Assembly: GCA_963727805.1 (NCBI GenBank)
Contig: CAVSHF010000005.1
Coordinates: 416,001-480,000, forward strand
Direction: 5' to 3'
Source of the DNA: an uncultured Nitrospiraceae bacterium
GTDB taxonomy: Bacteria; Nitrospirota; Thermodesulfovibrionia; Thermodesulfovibrionales; Dissulfurispiraceae
DNA: 64,000 bases
The notes below the pieces were generated by a model that was given only the letters and a program-made list of their open reading frames with translations, had not been told where the DNA came from and did not search any database. Positions within the stretch are counted from its first letter, which is position 1, and the number at the start of each line of letters is the position of its first letter. The position numbers were made by a program, and so were the translations under genes. Below, piece after piece: positions 51,948-61,900 of the stretch.

Positions 51948-53060
51948 TCAAGAAAGTCTTTTTCTAAATCGTAACGCGCTTAGCAATATGATGATCACGC
52001 CGAGAGCAAGCAATGCGGCCATCTGTGGCCACAGAATGTCGAATCCACTGCCTTTGAGGAAGATCCCCCTGATGATAATGAGAAAATACCTAAGAGGGTT
52101 TAAATAAGTAAGATACTGAAATATCTGCGGCATGTTCTCTATGGGGAACATAAATCCAGAAAGGAGCATGGCGGGCATATTAAAGAACATAGTTGCCATT
52201 AAGGACTGCTGCTGCGTTTTAAGGATTGTCGAAAGAAACAGGCCGATACCCAGAACCGACAGCAGATAAACCGATGTGCCTAAAAAGAGAAATATAAGTG
52301 CTCCCTTGATCGTAATGTTGAACCAGAAGACACCAACTGAAGTGACCAGAATCATGTCCAGGAAACTGATAAGTGCAAAGGGGATCGTCTTGCCGAGCAT
52401 CAGCTCAATCGGACTAATAGGTGATACCATGAGTTGCTCCATGGTGCCCATCTCCCTTTCCCTAACAATCGCCATCGACGTCAGCATTAGGCAGATTAGC
52501 ATGATAATGGAGGCTATCACTCCGGGTACGTTGTAATTCCTGCTCTTGAGATCGGGATTGTACCAGAACCTCGTCCGGAAATCGATTGGCACAAGTTCGG
52601 CCTTGATCGACGGGACATTAATGTCCACCCCGTATTGGGTTATGATCTTAGCTGCATAGTTCATTGCTATCATCGCCGTATTGGAATCCGTGCCGTCGAC
52701 GAGCACTTGTATCTCCGCCGGTCTGTGCGTTGCTATATTTTTGGCAAACCGTTCATTGATTTGCAGAGCGCACAACACCTTCCCGCGGTCAAGAAGTTCG
52801 CGAATCTCGTCGGGTGATTGAGGCAAATAGCTGATGTCGAAGTAGCCGGATGCCTGCAACCGCCTCGCCAGTTCCCTGCTTTCCGGAGTCTTGTCGCGAT
52901 CGTATAGGGCGGTAGAAATATTATTGACATCTGTGGTGACAATATAGCCGAACATAAAGAGCTGTATAAGAGGTGTTCCAAAGAGCAGCACCCAGTTCCT
53001 TCTATCGCGAAAGGTCTGGATGAACTCCTTAATCACAATATACTTTATACGCCCGAACAT
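51948..53060 (-). CDS. ABC-2 exporter permease (YbhR-like)
   Basis: REREMGTMEQL, LSGFMFPIENMP; start at MFGRIK. Confidence 0.9.
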   Translation of the reverse strand: MFGRIKYIVIKEFIQTFRDRRNWVLLFGTPLIQLFMFGYIVTTDVNNISTALYDRDKTPESRELARRLQASGYFDISYLPQSPDEIRELLDRGKVLCALQINERFAKNIATHRPAEIQVLVDGTDSNTAMIAMNYAAKIITQYGVDINVPSIKAELVPIDFRTRFWYNPDLKSRNYNVPGVIASIIMLICLMLTSMAIVREREMGTMEQLMVSPISPIELMLGKTIPFALISFLDMILVTSVGVFWFNITIKGALIFLFLGTSVYLLSVLGIGLFLSTILKTQQQSLMATMFFNMPAMLLSGFMFPIENMPQIFQYLTYLNPLRYFLIIIRGIFLKGSGFDILWPQMAALLALGVIIILLSALRFRKRLS

Positions 53061-53061
53061 T

Positions 53062-54174
53062 TCACTCAATCCTTTTTTTGAATTTTCTATTGGCTGCGAT
53101 AAAAACAGTGGCACCGAAGACAGTAAGCAGGAGGGACTCCAGAGCTAGCATATCGAGCGAGCTTCCCTTAAGGAATATTCCCTTGGAGATAGTCACAAAA
53201 TAGCGTGCCGGTACGATATAGGTGATCAATTGTAGCGGCTTCGGCATATTTGATATGGCATACATGAAGCCCGAAAGCAAAAAAGCGGGAAGGAACGTGG
53301 ACAGGAGCGCCATCTGGCTCGCCACGGCCTGCGAGCCTCTGGCGCTGATCGAGATGAGAATGCCAAAGCAGACGCCCCCGAAAATAAATATACCGGAGAG
53401 GAGAATAAGAAGAAAAGCGCTCCCCTTCAATGGCACTCCAAACCAATAGACACCTGCCATGATTGCCAGGAGAATATCTATAAACCCGATTGCGAAATAA
53501 GGAATAAGCTTGCCAAGAATGAGCTCGACCGGCTTTAGCGGTGTCGAGATCAATTGTTCCATAGTCCCTCGCTCCCACTCCCTCGCAATGGTGAGTGAGG
53601 TAAGAAGGGCAACGATGACGGCCATGATCACAACAATAAGCCCCGGGATGATAAAATTACGGGACTTAAGCTCCGGGTTATACCAGACGCGACTCCGAAC
53701 ATCGATAACCGGAGAAATCTTGACACCCTTGATTCTCTGACTGAAGAGTCCCGCAACGGTATTTATATACCCATCGGCTATCGTTGCGGTATTGGAATCG
53801 CTTCCGTCAATAATCACCCCGACCTCCGCAGGCCTTCCCGTCCTGATATTTTTCGAAAAATGCTCAGGTATGATGAGGGCAACCTTCGCACTGTTCGTTT
53901 CGAGGTACTTATCGATCTCCCGATATCCATCAATATTTGCAGAGATGGTAAAATAGCCCGATTCCCTAAATTCAGATACCAGCTCCCTACTTATGCTGCT
54001 CTTATCCCTGTCATAAACCACGGTGCGTATATTGTTGACATCGAATGTAATGGCGTACCCGTAAATGAAGAGCTGCATAAGCGGCATCAAAAAGGCAATG
54101 GCGAGACTCAGCGGATCACGCCAGATCTGGATCAGCTCTTTTTTCGCTATGGCCTTGATCCTGAGAAGTTTCAT
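53062..54174 (-). CDS. ABC-2 exporter permease (YbhS-like)
   Basis: REWERGTMEQL, WYNPEL. Confidence 0.9.
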   Translation of the reverse strand: MKLLRIKAIAKKELIQIWRDPLSLAIAFLMPLMQLFIYGYAITFDVNNIRTVVYDRDKSSISRELVSEFRESGYFTISANIDGYREIDKYLETNSAKVALIIPEHFSKNIRTGRPAEVGVIIDGSDSNTATIADGYINTVAGLFSQRIKGVKISPVIDVRSRVWYNPELKSRNFIIPGLIVVIMAVIVALLTSLTIAREWERGTMEQLISTPLKPVELILGKLIPYFAIGFIDILLAIMAGVYWFGVPLKGSAFLLILLSGIFIFGGVCFGILISISARGSQAVASQMALLSTFLPAFLLSGFMYAISNMPKPLQLITYIVPARYFVTISKGIFLKGSSLDMLALESLLLTVFGATVFIAANRKFKKRIE

Positions 54175-54187
54175 TCGCTTACCCTGG

Positions 54188-55111
54188 TCACGCTACTTCT
54201 ATGAGCGTTACAAAAACATCCTCTAGCGAGGGTACGATCTTTTCAATCCTTCTCACTGCAATGCCGGATTGATCAAGAATACTGGTGATCATTGGTATTG
54301 CCGCATCGGCGTTCTCAACCGTAGCATGAATAAGGCTGCCAAAAATCGCTGCTTCCACCCCACCTTTGTAAAGCACCTCTAGGGCTTCGACTGACTTTGC
54401 AACGTCGATCTCAACAACATCCCACTTCATATGCTCCTGTTTAAGCTCGTTCGGCGTGCCTTCTGCAACGATCTTCCCGCGGTAAATGAGGGCGAGTCTA
54501 TCGCAGTAATCGGCTTCATCCATATAATGCGTCGTCACGAATACAGTAGTCCCCGCCTTTGACATCCCGTATATCAAGTTCCAAAAATTTCGACGCGAGA
54601 TAGGATCGACGCCCGATGTCGGTTCATCTAGAAAGAGGATCGAAGGCTCATGGAGGACTGCACACCCTAGCGCGAGTCTTTGCTTGAAACCGCCCGGAAG
54701 GTTTTTGGTTACCGTTTTTCTACGGTCTCCGATCCCGGCTATCTCAAAGACCCATTCCTTCCGCTCCCGCTTTTTCTCAGCAGGGATGCTGTAAATACCG
54801 CTAAAAAAATCGATGTTTTCTTCTACCGTCAGATCTTCGTAAAGCGAAAATTTCTGCGACATATAGCCGATATGTTTTTTGATCTCCTCTGATTGACGCA
54901 TGATATCGTAACCGCCCACAAACCCCTTTCCGGCGCTTGGCAAGAGCAGGCCACAAAGCATTTTAATCGTGGTTGATTTGCCCGCTCCGTTTGGCCCGAG
55001 GAAGCCAAAGACCTCACCCCTTTTTATACTCATACTGATAGTGTCGACAGCGACAAAATCGCCGAAACTGCGGGACAGCCCGTCAACCTTCACTGCAATG
55101 TCATTCGTCAC
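54188..55111 (-). CDS. ABC ATP-binding protein (YbhF-like half)
   Basis: GPNGAGKS, LDEPTSGVDP, THY. Confidence 0.92.
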   Translation of the reverse strand: MTNDIAVKVDGLSRSFGDFVAVDTISMSIKRGEVFGFLGPNGAGKSTTIKMLCGLLLPSAGKGFVGGYDIMRQSEEIKKHIGYMSQKFSLYEDLTVEENIDFFSGIYSIPAEKKRERKEWVFEIAGIGDRRKTVTKNLPGGFKQRLALGCAVLHEPSILFLDEPTSGVDPISRRNFWNLIYGMSKAGTTVFVTTHYMDEADYCDRLALIYRGKIVAEGTPNELKQEHMKWDVVEIDVAKSVEALEVLYKGGVEAAIFGSLIHATVENADAAIPMITSILDQSGIAVRRIEKIVPSLEDVFVTLIEVA

Positions 55112-55135
55112 CCTGTCCTCTCACTATCTATCACC

Positions 55136-56056
55136 CTATTTATTTTCGACCATCGCAATGAAGACATCCTCGATCGAAGGAATAATCTCCCTGTAGTCCT
55201 TTACCTCGATCGATGCTTTTTTCAGTTTCTCGATGACAGCGAAAACGGCGTCCTTTTTCTCCATTGCAATATGGAGGCGGTCACCGTAGACGTTTATCCT
55301 CTTTATACCGGAAGCTCCCTTGATAACTTCTGCGGCATGTCGTGAGTCATTGCACCAGATCTCTATCATTGAATACGGGAGAGACTTTTTCACATTTACA
55401 GGTTCATCCTTGATAAGCAGTTTTCCTCTGTACATTAGCCCGATTCTTGTGCATCGTTCGGCCTCATCAAGATAAGATGTCGAGACGAATATCGTCACAT
55501 TCTCATTCAGCAGATCGTAGAGTATCCTCCAGAAGTCCCTCCGCGATACCGGATCGACTCCATTCGTAGGCTCGTCGAGAATAAGCACCTCGGGAGTATG
55601 GATAAGTGCGCATGCAAGTCCGAGCTTCTGCTTCATACCTCCCGAGAGTTTTCCTGCAAGACGGTCTTTGAAAGGAGTTAGATTGCTGAAGCTGAGAAGC
55701 CGTCCAATCCGCGCGGGCCGTTCTCGCGACGAAACGTCATAAAGGTCAGCATAGAAAAGGATGTTTTCCATAACAGTAAGGTCCTCATAAAGCCCGAATC
55801 TCTGTGACATGTAGCCGATCTTTTCCTTGATCCGTTCGCCCTCAGTAAGAACTGAATGACCGGCGACAAAGGCCTCACCAGAGGATGGCTCCATTATCGA
55901 TGCAAGAAGCCTCATAGTAGTCGTCTTTCCGGCGCCATCAGGACCGACGAGACCGAAGAGCTCGCCCCTATAGACATCGAGATTCAGATGATCAACGGCG
56001 ACATTATTCCCGAAAGATTTGGTGAGATCCGAAGTACGTATGGCAATATCGCTCAT
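55136..56056 (-). CDS. ABC ATP-binding protein (YbhF-like half)
   Basis: GPDGAGKT, LSGGM, LDEPT. Confidence 0.92.
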   Translation of the reverse strand: MSDIAIRTSDLTKSFGNNVAVDHLNLDVYRGELFGLVGPDGAGKTTTMRLLASIMEPSSGEAFVAGHSVLTEGERIKEKIGYMSQRFGLYEDLTVMENILFYADLYDVSSRERPARIGRLLSFSNLTPFKDRLAGKLSGGMKQKLGLACALIHTPEVLILDEPTNGVDPVSRRDFWRILYDLLNENVTIFVSTSYLDEAERCTRIGLMYRGKLLIKDEPVNVKKSLPYSMIEIWCNDSRHAAEVIKGASGIKRINVYGDRLHIAMEKKDAVFAVIEKLKKASIEVKDYREIIPSIEDVFIAMVENK

Positions 56057-57039
56057 CTCAGATGGATATTGACGTCGGCAGGCATTCCAGGCTTAAGTTC
56101 CTGATTGACGTTCTTCACTCTTACCTTAACACCGAAGACGAGCTTGACCCTTTCCTCCTGTGTCTGTACAGTTTTCGGAGTAAACTCAGCCTGTGATGAA
56201 ATATATGACACAGTCCCTTCATATACCTTGTCGCGATAGGTATCGACGGTAATCGTCGCCCTCTGGCCGAGTTTCACAAGAGCGAGTTTATCCTCTTTAA
56301 TATAAACCTTTATCCAAGGATCATCGATTTCTCCGATGGTAAAAACCGGAGTTCCCGACTGCACAACTTCGCCGGATTCGACATTCTTCTTAAGTACCAC
56401 TCCAGAAACCGGCGCAAAGAGAGTCGTGTCACCAAGCCGCTCCTCGGTAACGCGCAGCGCAGCACGCGCCGACTGAACATGGTCTTCCGCAGCTTTGATC
56501 ACTTCTTTCCTCGGCCCTTCTTTGAGAAGGCTCAACTGTTCCCCAGCGGCTTTCACCTTTTCGAGCCAGCTGTCATGGACGCTCCTTGCGGCATCTAGCT
56601 GAGACGCCGATATGGCTTCATTTGTATAAAGCCTCTCGGCCCGTTCATAATCTTTTTTAGCTTTAAGAAGCTCTGCCTCAGCCGCCTTCATATTCGCTGC
56701 TGCTTGAGCGATTTCCTGTGGCCTCGATCCTGTCCTAAGCTCCTCAAGTTTTGCCAAAGCTTCGCTCAAAACTGCCCGGCTTTGCGCCATGAGGCTTTCC
56801 AGTTCTGCGCTCTCCAGAACAGCGATTTTACCGCCTTTTTGAACAAGCTTGCCTTCATCTGTAAGCAGATCAATGATCCTTCCCGATATCTTAAATCCCG
56901 TATCCACTTCGGTGACCTCGACATTGCCGGACAGCGAAATGACCCCTTGATCCCTCTGCTTCCAAAAACGCCCCGACAAGAGCACGGCTGCAATTACCAC
57001 GGCAACTAGAATGACGATGACGGTCATCCTCTTCTTCAT
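56053..57039 (-). CDS. HlyD-family membrane fusion protein (YbhG-like)
   Basis: N-terminal anchor, coiled coil, AEFTPKTVQT, LKPGMP. Confidence 0.92.
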   Translation of the reverse strand: MKKRMTVIVILVAVVIAAVLLSGRFWKQRDQGVISLSGNVEVTEVDTGFKISGRIIDLLTDEGKLVQKGGKIAVLESAELESLMAQSRAVLSEALAKLEELRTGSRPQEIAQAAANMKAAEAELLKAKKDYERAERLYTNEAISASQLDAARSVHDSWLEKVKAAGEQLSLLKEGPRKEVIKAAEDHVQSARAALRVTEERLGDTTLFAPVSGVVLKKNVESGEVVQSGTPVFTIGEIDDPWIKVYIKEDKLALVKLGQRATITVDTYRDKVYEGTVSYISSQAEFTPKTVQTQEERVKLVFGVKVRVKNVNQELKPGMPADVNIHLR

Positions 57040-57257
57040 TTGTGGGCCTCCCTATCTATATCCATATTTTATATCATCAGGCGAGCAATGGGTGTACTGA
57101 GCGAATTGAGTGTTACTTCCCGCTTCGTTCCGTGATAACCAACAGCTTAAAGCATTTATTTTGTCAAGTCAATTCCGGAATTCGATCGGACAAATAGAAT
57201 TCGGTTGATCAGAGTGAAAGAAGAGATGAAAAAAGAAGTGAGTCGAATATTGGGACA

Positions 57258-57277
57258 GGTCCCGGTAACCCGGGACC
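57258..57277 (-). terminator. Hairpin downstream of the cold-shock gene
   Basis: GGTCCCGG-4 nt-CCGGGACC. Confidence 0.5.
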
Positions 57278-57288
57278 CATTTTCTTAG

Positions 57289-57489
57289 CTAGATTTTTAC
57301 GACATTCTCCGCCTTAGGTCCCTTCGGGCCTTCAACCACATCAAAGCTCACCGCCTGGCCCTCACCGAGGGTTTTGAAGCCGTCACCCTGAATGGCAGAA
57401 TAGTGTACAAACACATCCCCTCCGTCTTCCTTGGTCAGGAAACCAAAGCCCTTGGACTCATTAAACCACTTCACAGTCCCTTTTGCCAC
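57289..57489 (-). CDS. Cold-shock protein
   Basis: GTG start after AGGAGG; GTVKWFN, KGFGFL, VFVHY. Confidence 0.95.
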   Translation of the reverse strand: MAKGTVKWFNESKGFGFLTKEDGGDVFVHYSAIQGDGFKTLGEGQAVSFDVVEGPKGPKAENVVKI

Positions 57490-57830
57490 GTTGCTGCACC
57501 TCCTAATAATTGTTGATCGAAGCTGAGGAAGAATGCCAAAAAAAACCGCAAAGCGGAAAGTCTCTGCGGTGACAACAAAAACTTCCATAACTTCTGAACA
57601 GTAGTATTGCACAGATAAAATAAAAGATCAAGCCCTTTTATGGTCTTCTATGGTCTTGCTAATGCCAATGCGAGATCCGGACTTACTCGCCATATTTCCT
57701 TGCAGTATATCTATAACGGTCATTACAGCCATATCATCTATTTGCAGCTGGAATAGTTAACAGGCAGCCGTACAAATGAGGATAAGCATTCCTGCACGGC
57801 ATTGCACTTCCACGTTATAATAAACAGATC

Positions 57831-58985
57831 ATGAGCCTTTTTCTGCTAGTTTTCTTTTTGCTATACGGGGCGTTGCATGCTCACGCTTTTTTAAAGGCTC
57901 GGGCTGCCTTTGATATCGGCGCGCGCACAAGCATAATTTTGATCTTGTTTTTCGCCCTGATGGTTCTTGCGCCAATCATCGTCCGGCAGGCCGAGAATGA
58001 AGGACTAGAACTGTTTGCTAGAATTACGGCCTATGCAGGTTATTTCTGGATGGGCATTATCTTTCTCTTCTTTTCCGCTTCGCTTCTAACCGATCTTTAT
58101 CGCCTCTTTGTCTATCTTAGCGGTTCAATTCTCCATAAGGACGTCGCATTATTCATCATCTCTGCAAAGGCAGCATTCTTAATTCCTCTTTTCATATCAC
58201 TCTGCGTGTCTGCTTACGGATATAGGGAAGCACTGAACATCGGGACCGAGCACCTCGTGATCCGGACCGAGAAACTGCCTCAGGGAGTCGACAGACTCAG
58301 GATAGTCCAGATTTCCGATGTACATCTGGGGCTGATCGTAAGAAGAGAACGCTTGAGGTTGATCCTTGAAAAGGTGAAAGAGTCAAATCCCGATATCCTT
58401 GTTTCGACAGGAGACCTTGTCGACGGCCAGATCAATCACCTCGAGGGTCTTGCCGAAATGCTGAGAGAGATTAAGCCTCGTTATGGTAAATACGCCGTTC
58501 TGGGTAATCACGAATATTATGCAGGAATCAAACAAGCACTTGCGTTCAAAAACGCAGCCGGGTTCATACTGCTCAGAGACGAAGGGGTAAGCATCGACAA
58601 TGTAATCACACTAGTTGGTGTCGATGATCCGGCAGCAAAATATTCAGGTATCTACAACAAGATTGACGAAAAGACCCTACTTTCTTCTTTCCCCCGTGAG
58701 CGGTTTACTGTTCTCCTCAAACACAGGCCACTCATTGCTTCTGGGTCGGTTGGACTCTTCGATCTCCAGCTGTCAGGTCATGTTCACAAGGGGCAGATAT
58801 TTCCCTTCAGCCTACTAACAAAACTTTACTATCCGAACTATGCGGGATTGCTGAAAGTTGACGGAAGTTTGCTTTATGTAAGCAGGGGAGCAGGCACCTG
58901 GGGGCCGCCCATCAGATTTCTTGCTCCTCCCGAAGTGACCGTGATCGACATCGTTCGGGACAATGAGGACAAAGGTCGCTCCTGA
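57831..58985 (+). CDS. Membrane-anchored metallophosphoesterase
   Basis: SDVHLG, GDLVD, GNHE, SGHVHKGQ. Confidence 0.92.
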   Translation: MSLFLLVFFLLYGALHAHAFLKARAAFDIGARTSIILILFFALMVLAPIIVRQAENEGLELFARITAYAGYFWMGIIFLFFSASLLTDLYRLFVYLSGSILHKDVALFIISAKAAFLIPLFISLCVSAYGYREALNIGTEHLVIRTEKLPQGVDRLRIVQISDVHLGLIVRRERLRLILEKVKESNPDILVSTGDLVDGQINHLEGLAEMLREIKPRYGKYAVLGNHEYYAGIKQALAFKNAAGFILLRDEGVSIDNVITLVGVDDPAAKYSGIYNKIDEKTLLSSFPRERFTVLLKHRPLIASGSVGLFDLQLSGHVHKGQIFPFSLLTKLYYPNYAGLLKVDGSLLYVSRGAGTWGPPIRFLAPPEVTVIDIVRDNEDKGRS

Positions 58986-58986
58986 T

Positions 58987-60216
58987 ATGCCAAATGAATT
59001 TACAGTTATCCCCCCAGAGACGTTTACGAAACATACTATTGAGCTTATATATAAAGGCCATTTCTCCGCTGCCGCTAAGGTCAGGCTTCTTTACAAGGGA
59101 CATCAGACCTTTTCTGCAATATTTAATGCTGTCCGGTCCGCACAGGCAATCATCTGCTTGCAATTCTATATCTTCAGGAATGACGAAACAGGCCTGGAAC
59201 TTTCCGAGATATTAAAAGAGAAGAGCAGAGAAGGAGTGAAGGTTTATATCCTCTATGATCACTTCGGCTCTTGGGGTACGCCACGGAGCTTCTGGCAGGA
59301 GTTGAGGGATGCCGGGATCACGGTGCTCGCCTCCCATCCCTTCAAATGGACTGCTCCTTTTCACTACGTCCACAGGGATCATCGAAAGCTCATTATCGTC
59401 GATTTGAAGAAGGCCTTTACCGGGGGGCTTAACATCGCCAACGAATATCGCGGGTTCCACCGAAAGCTGCGCCCGAGAGTCAGGTGGAAGAGTTGGCGGG
59501 ATACAGGCATTTTACTCGAGGGCCCTATCGTCTCGGCCCTCTTTCACTCCTTCAGGAAGAGCTGGGATGTCTGGCAAGGAGAGCGGATAATGCTCAAATC
59601 AGGCGAGGCGAAGCGGGACGATGGATCTGCCTTTCTGACCGGCGGGAGGCAAACTCCTGTGGAACACGGCATGCCGGTGCTACCAATCTTTACAGCCGGC
59701 GCCAGGGGCAGAAGAAAGATGAGGCGAATGCTCTATTACAGCATCAACCATGCCCAAAAAAGCATTACGCTCACGACACCTTATTTCACCCCAAGCCACA
59801 GGATGATCGAAACCCTTGAGAGTGCTATCGGAAGGGGTGTGAAGGTGCGGCTGCTCATTCCGGGCAAGAGCGACGTCCCGGCTGCATATTACGTTGCCAG
59901 GGCTTTTTTCACCCGCCTCCTGAAGGCTGGGGTAGAAATCTATACCTACACTGGTGAGATTCTGCACGCCAAGACATACATCTTTGACGACTGCTGGAGC
60001 ATCATGGGCTCAACTAACCTCGATTTTCAGTCTCTCCGATACAACGATGAAGGCAGCATCGGGATACTCGACGGTGGATTTAACCTTAAGATGAAGAACG
60101 TATTTGAAGAAGATATAATGAAATCGTTGAAGATAGACCTGAGAACTTGGCACCAGAGGCCTTTCCCGGAAAAGGTCAAAGAGTGGTTTTTCTCTATTTT
60201 CAGGAGAAGGCTATAA
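58987..60216 (+). CDS. cls: Cardiolipin synthase / phospholipase D family
   Basis: Two HKD motifs (HRKLIIVD, HAKTYIFD); start may be 58963. Confidence 0.9.
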   Translation: MPNEFTVIPPETFTKHTIELIYKGHFSAAAKVRLLYKGHQTFSAIFNAVRSAQAIICLQFYIFRNDETGLELSEILKEKSREGVKVYILYDHFGSWGTPRSFWQELRDAGITVLASHPFKWTAPFHYVHRDHRKLIIVDLKKAFTGGLNIANEYRGFHRKLRPRVRWKSWRDTGILLEGPIVSALFHSFRKSWDVWQGERIMLKSGEAKRDDGSAFLTGGRQTPVEHGMPVLPIFTAGARGRRKMRRMLYYSINHAQKSITLTTPYFTPSHRMIETLESAIGRGVKVRLLIPGKSDVPAAYYVARAFFTRLLKAGVEIYTYTGEILHAKTYIFDDCWSIMGSTNLDFQSLRYNDEGSIGILDGGFNLKMKNVFEEDIMKSLKIDLRTWHQRPFPEKVKEWFFSIFRRRL

Positions 60217-60257
60217 GGTTCCAGTGTTCTAGGCTCCAACTATGAGCAGCAGAAATA

Positions 60258-60289
60258 CAACGGGCCGGATCTCGCGGTCCGGCCCGTTG
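60258..60289. terminator. Hairpin between convergent genes
   Basis: CAACGGGCCGGA-8 nt-TCCGGCCCGTTG. Confidence 0.7.
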
Positions 60290-60310
60290 CAATAGATGCT
60301 TTGTTTAGTG

Positions 60311-61606
60311 CTATTTTCCGCCCTTTGCGATGCTTAACGTCTTTGTGACCTTCTGCCATAGCTGGGAATTGCCTTCGTCATCCTTATTGCCGTAAGGCAG
60401 ATACCATAGCTCGACCTCAACGGTGAAGGCGTTGGCGATTATCTCGCGGATTAATTTCCCTTCCTTTTTAGATTCATTATAGCCAGGGATATAGAATTTT
60501 TCAGTCACCGTCCTGAGAGGTGGGAGGCTAGTGTCGCGAAGAATTCCGCTTTTCTCATACGGACCTCTTCCCATCTTGTCACCGATACCGAACTGCTGCG
60601 GAATCGGCATGTAAATGCGCTGATCCTGGAAAAATACTTTACCTTCTTTTGTTTTCGCGGTCACATACAGGACCACCCGGTTTGGAGTAGGTCAGCCATC
60701 GGGGATCGCATGTCCTGCGTTGTTAGTAAGATCCACCCGAACCGCTGCGGCTGGTGTTGTGGTTACTACATCGCGCCACTGGTAGGCCATAGCATCAACC
60801 TTCATGTCAACAGCGCTCTGCCCCATGGCACGATAGCTCTGCATATTATGACCAAGTTTCGATTTCTTCATGTGACAATCCTGGCAGTTCTCTGTGCCAC
60901 CCTCTGGCCGATAGGCAAAATTGTAACTGCCGTACAGGGTCGCGCACTGCGTAGGATTTTCGAGTTCAAAATTCGGACCTTGACCATGACATTGGCCGCA
61001 AAGAATGGACTCCTTCATGTAAGGGCTCTTCTTCATCTTTGCAAAATCAGGAGCTGCATGCTCTCCGTCTTTGCTTCCGTATACGGCGCCCTTTTCAGGC
61101 GCACCAAACTTCCACTTATGAATGATCGCATTTCTCTGATGACAGATAAGGCAGCCGATATTTAGCTTTTGCAGATTCTGTGCAGCCTCATCCCCCGGCT
61201 CCTTAAAGGCATAGAGATTTTTCACGATCTCCTGTGCGACGCTGTCCTCGGCCTCCATCAGCTGCGGCAGATGACACTTCGCGCAAACCATCAGATGTCT
61301 GACGCCGACATCCTCCGGTTTTTTGACCCCAGATGCCGGCCAGTCCTTGAAACCGTTTTCGATAGTCGTCTTGAAAGTAGCTGCTGTCCTCCCAACTTCG
61401 GCGACCCCGAAGATTGAGCGAGCATGCAAGGATTTATCCCACTCTGCGTGAATGTCAGCATGGCAGTCCTTGCATGAACTTGAATCATACATCTTAGCAA
61501 GTTCATCGATCGTCTTGGCCTTCTTCATTTCTTCTCCCTGGGCACTTAAAACTATGCCAGGAAGCAGAATGAGAAGACCAATGATAAGCAGTCTAAAACA
61601 CTTCAT
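60311..61606 (-). CDS. extKL: Pentaheme c-type cytochrome selenoprotein (ExtKL-like), 431 aa with UGA read as Sec
   Basis: Five CxxCH; GHAIPDG-TGA-PTPNRVVL runs in frame into the 60311-60676 ORF; hairpin after the UGA. Confidence 0.85.
60657..60676 (-). promoter_or_regulatory. Candidate bacterial SECIS hairpin
   Basis: GTGGTC-CTGTATGT-GACCGC starting 16 nt after the UGA. Confidence 0.55.
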
Positions 61607-61900
61607 AAGTCCTCCTTTTTCGATATTGGTACAGAATTAAAATGAATCTTATCGTTATTTTGTCGTATAAAAATAAACCATCCTATAGATAAAGGCAAAT
61701 TAATAGTAATTATCAATTTATGATGAATACTAATATATATATAATGCCGATATTAGTGATAGTCATTGTCTCTTCTTTTCGTGACTAAACTTTTTATGAA
61801 AAGGGCGGGAGTCCCTAATATTTTAATGCCGGGATGAAAGCTAGGCCTTATTATGATTAGGGTTGATAAGACTGACCGATCGTTAGAATCGAAAGTGAAA

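Noticed and set aside
61688..61720. AAAGGCAAA as the start of a c-di-GMP-I riboswitch
   Set aside because: No GACGCAAAGC or P2 stem follows, and it is on the wrong strand for the adjacent gene
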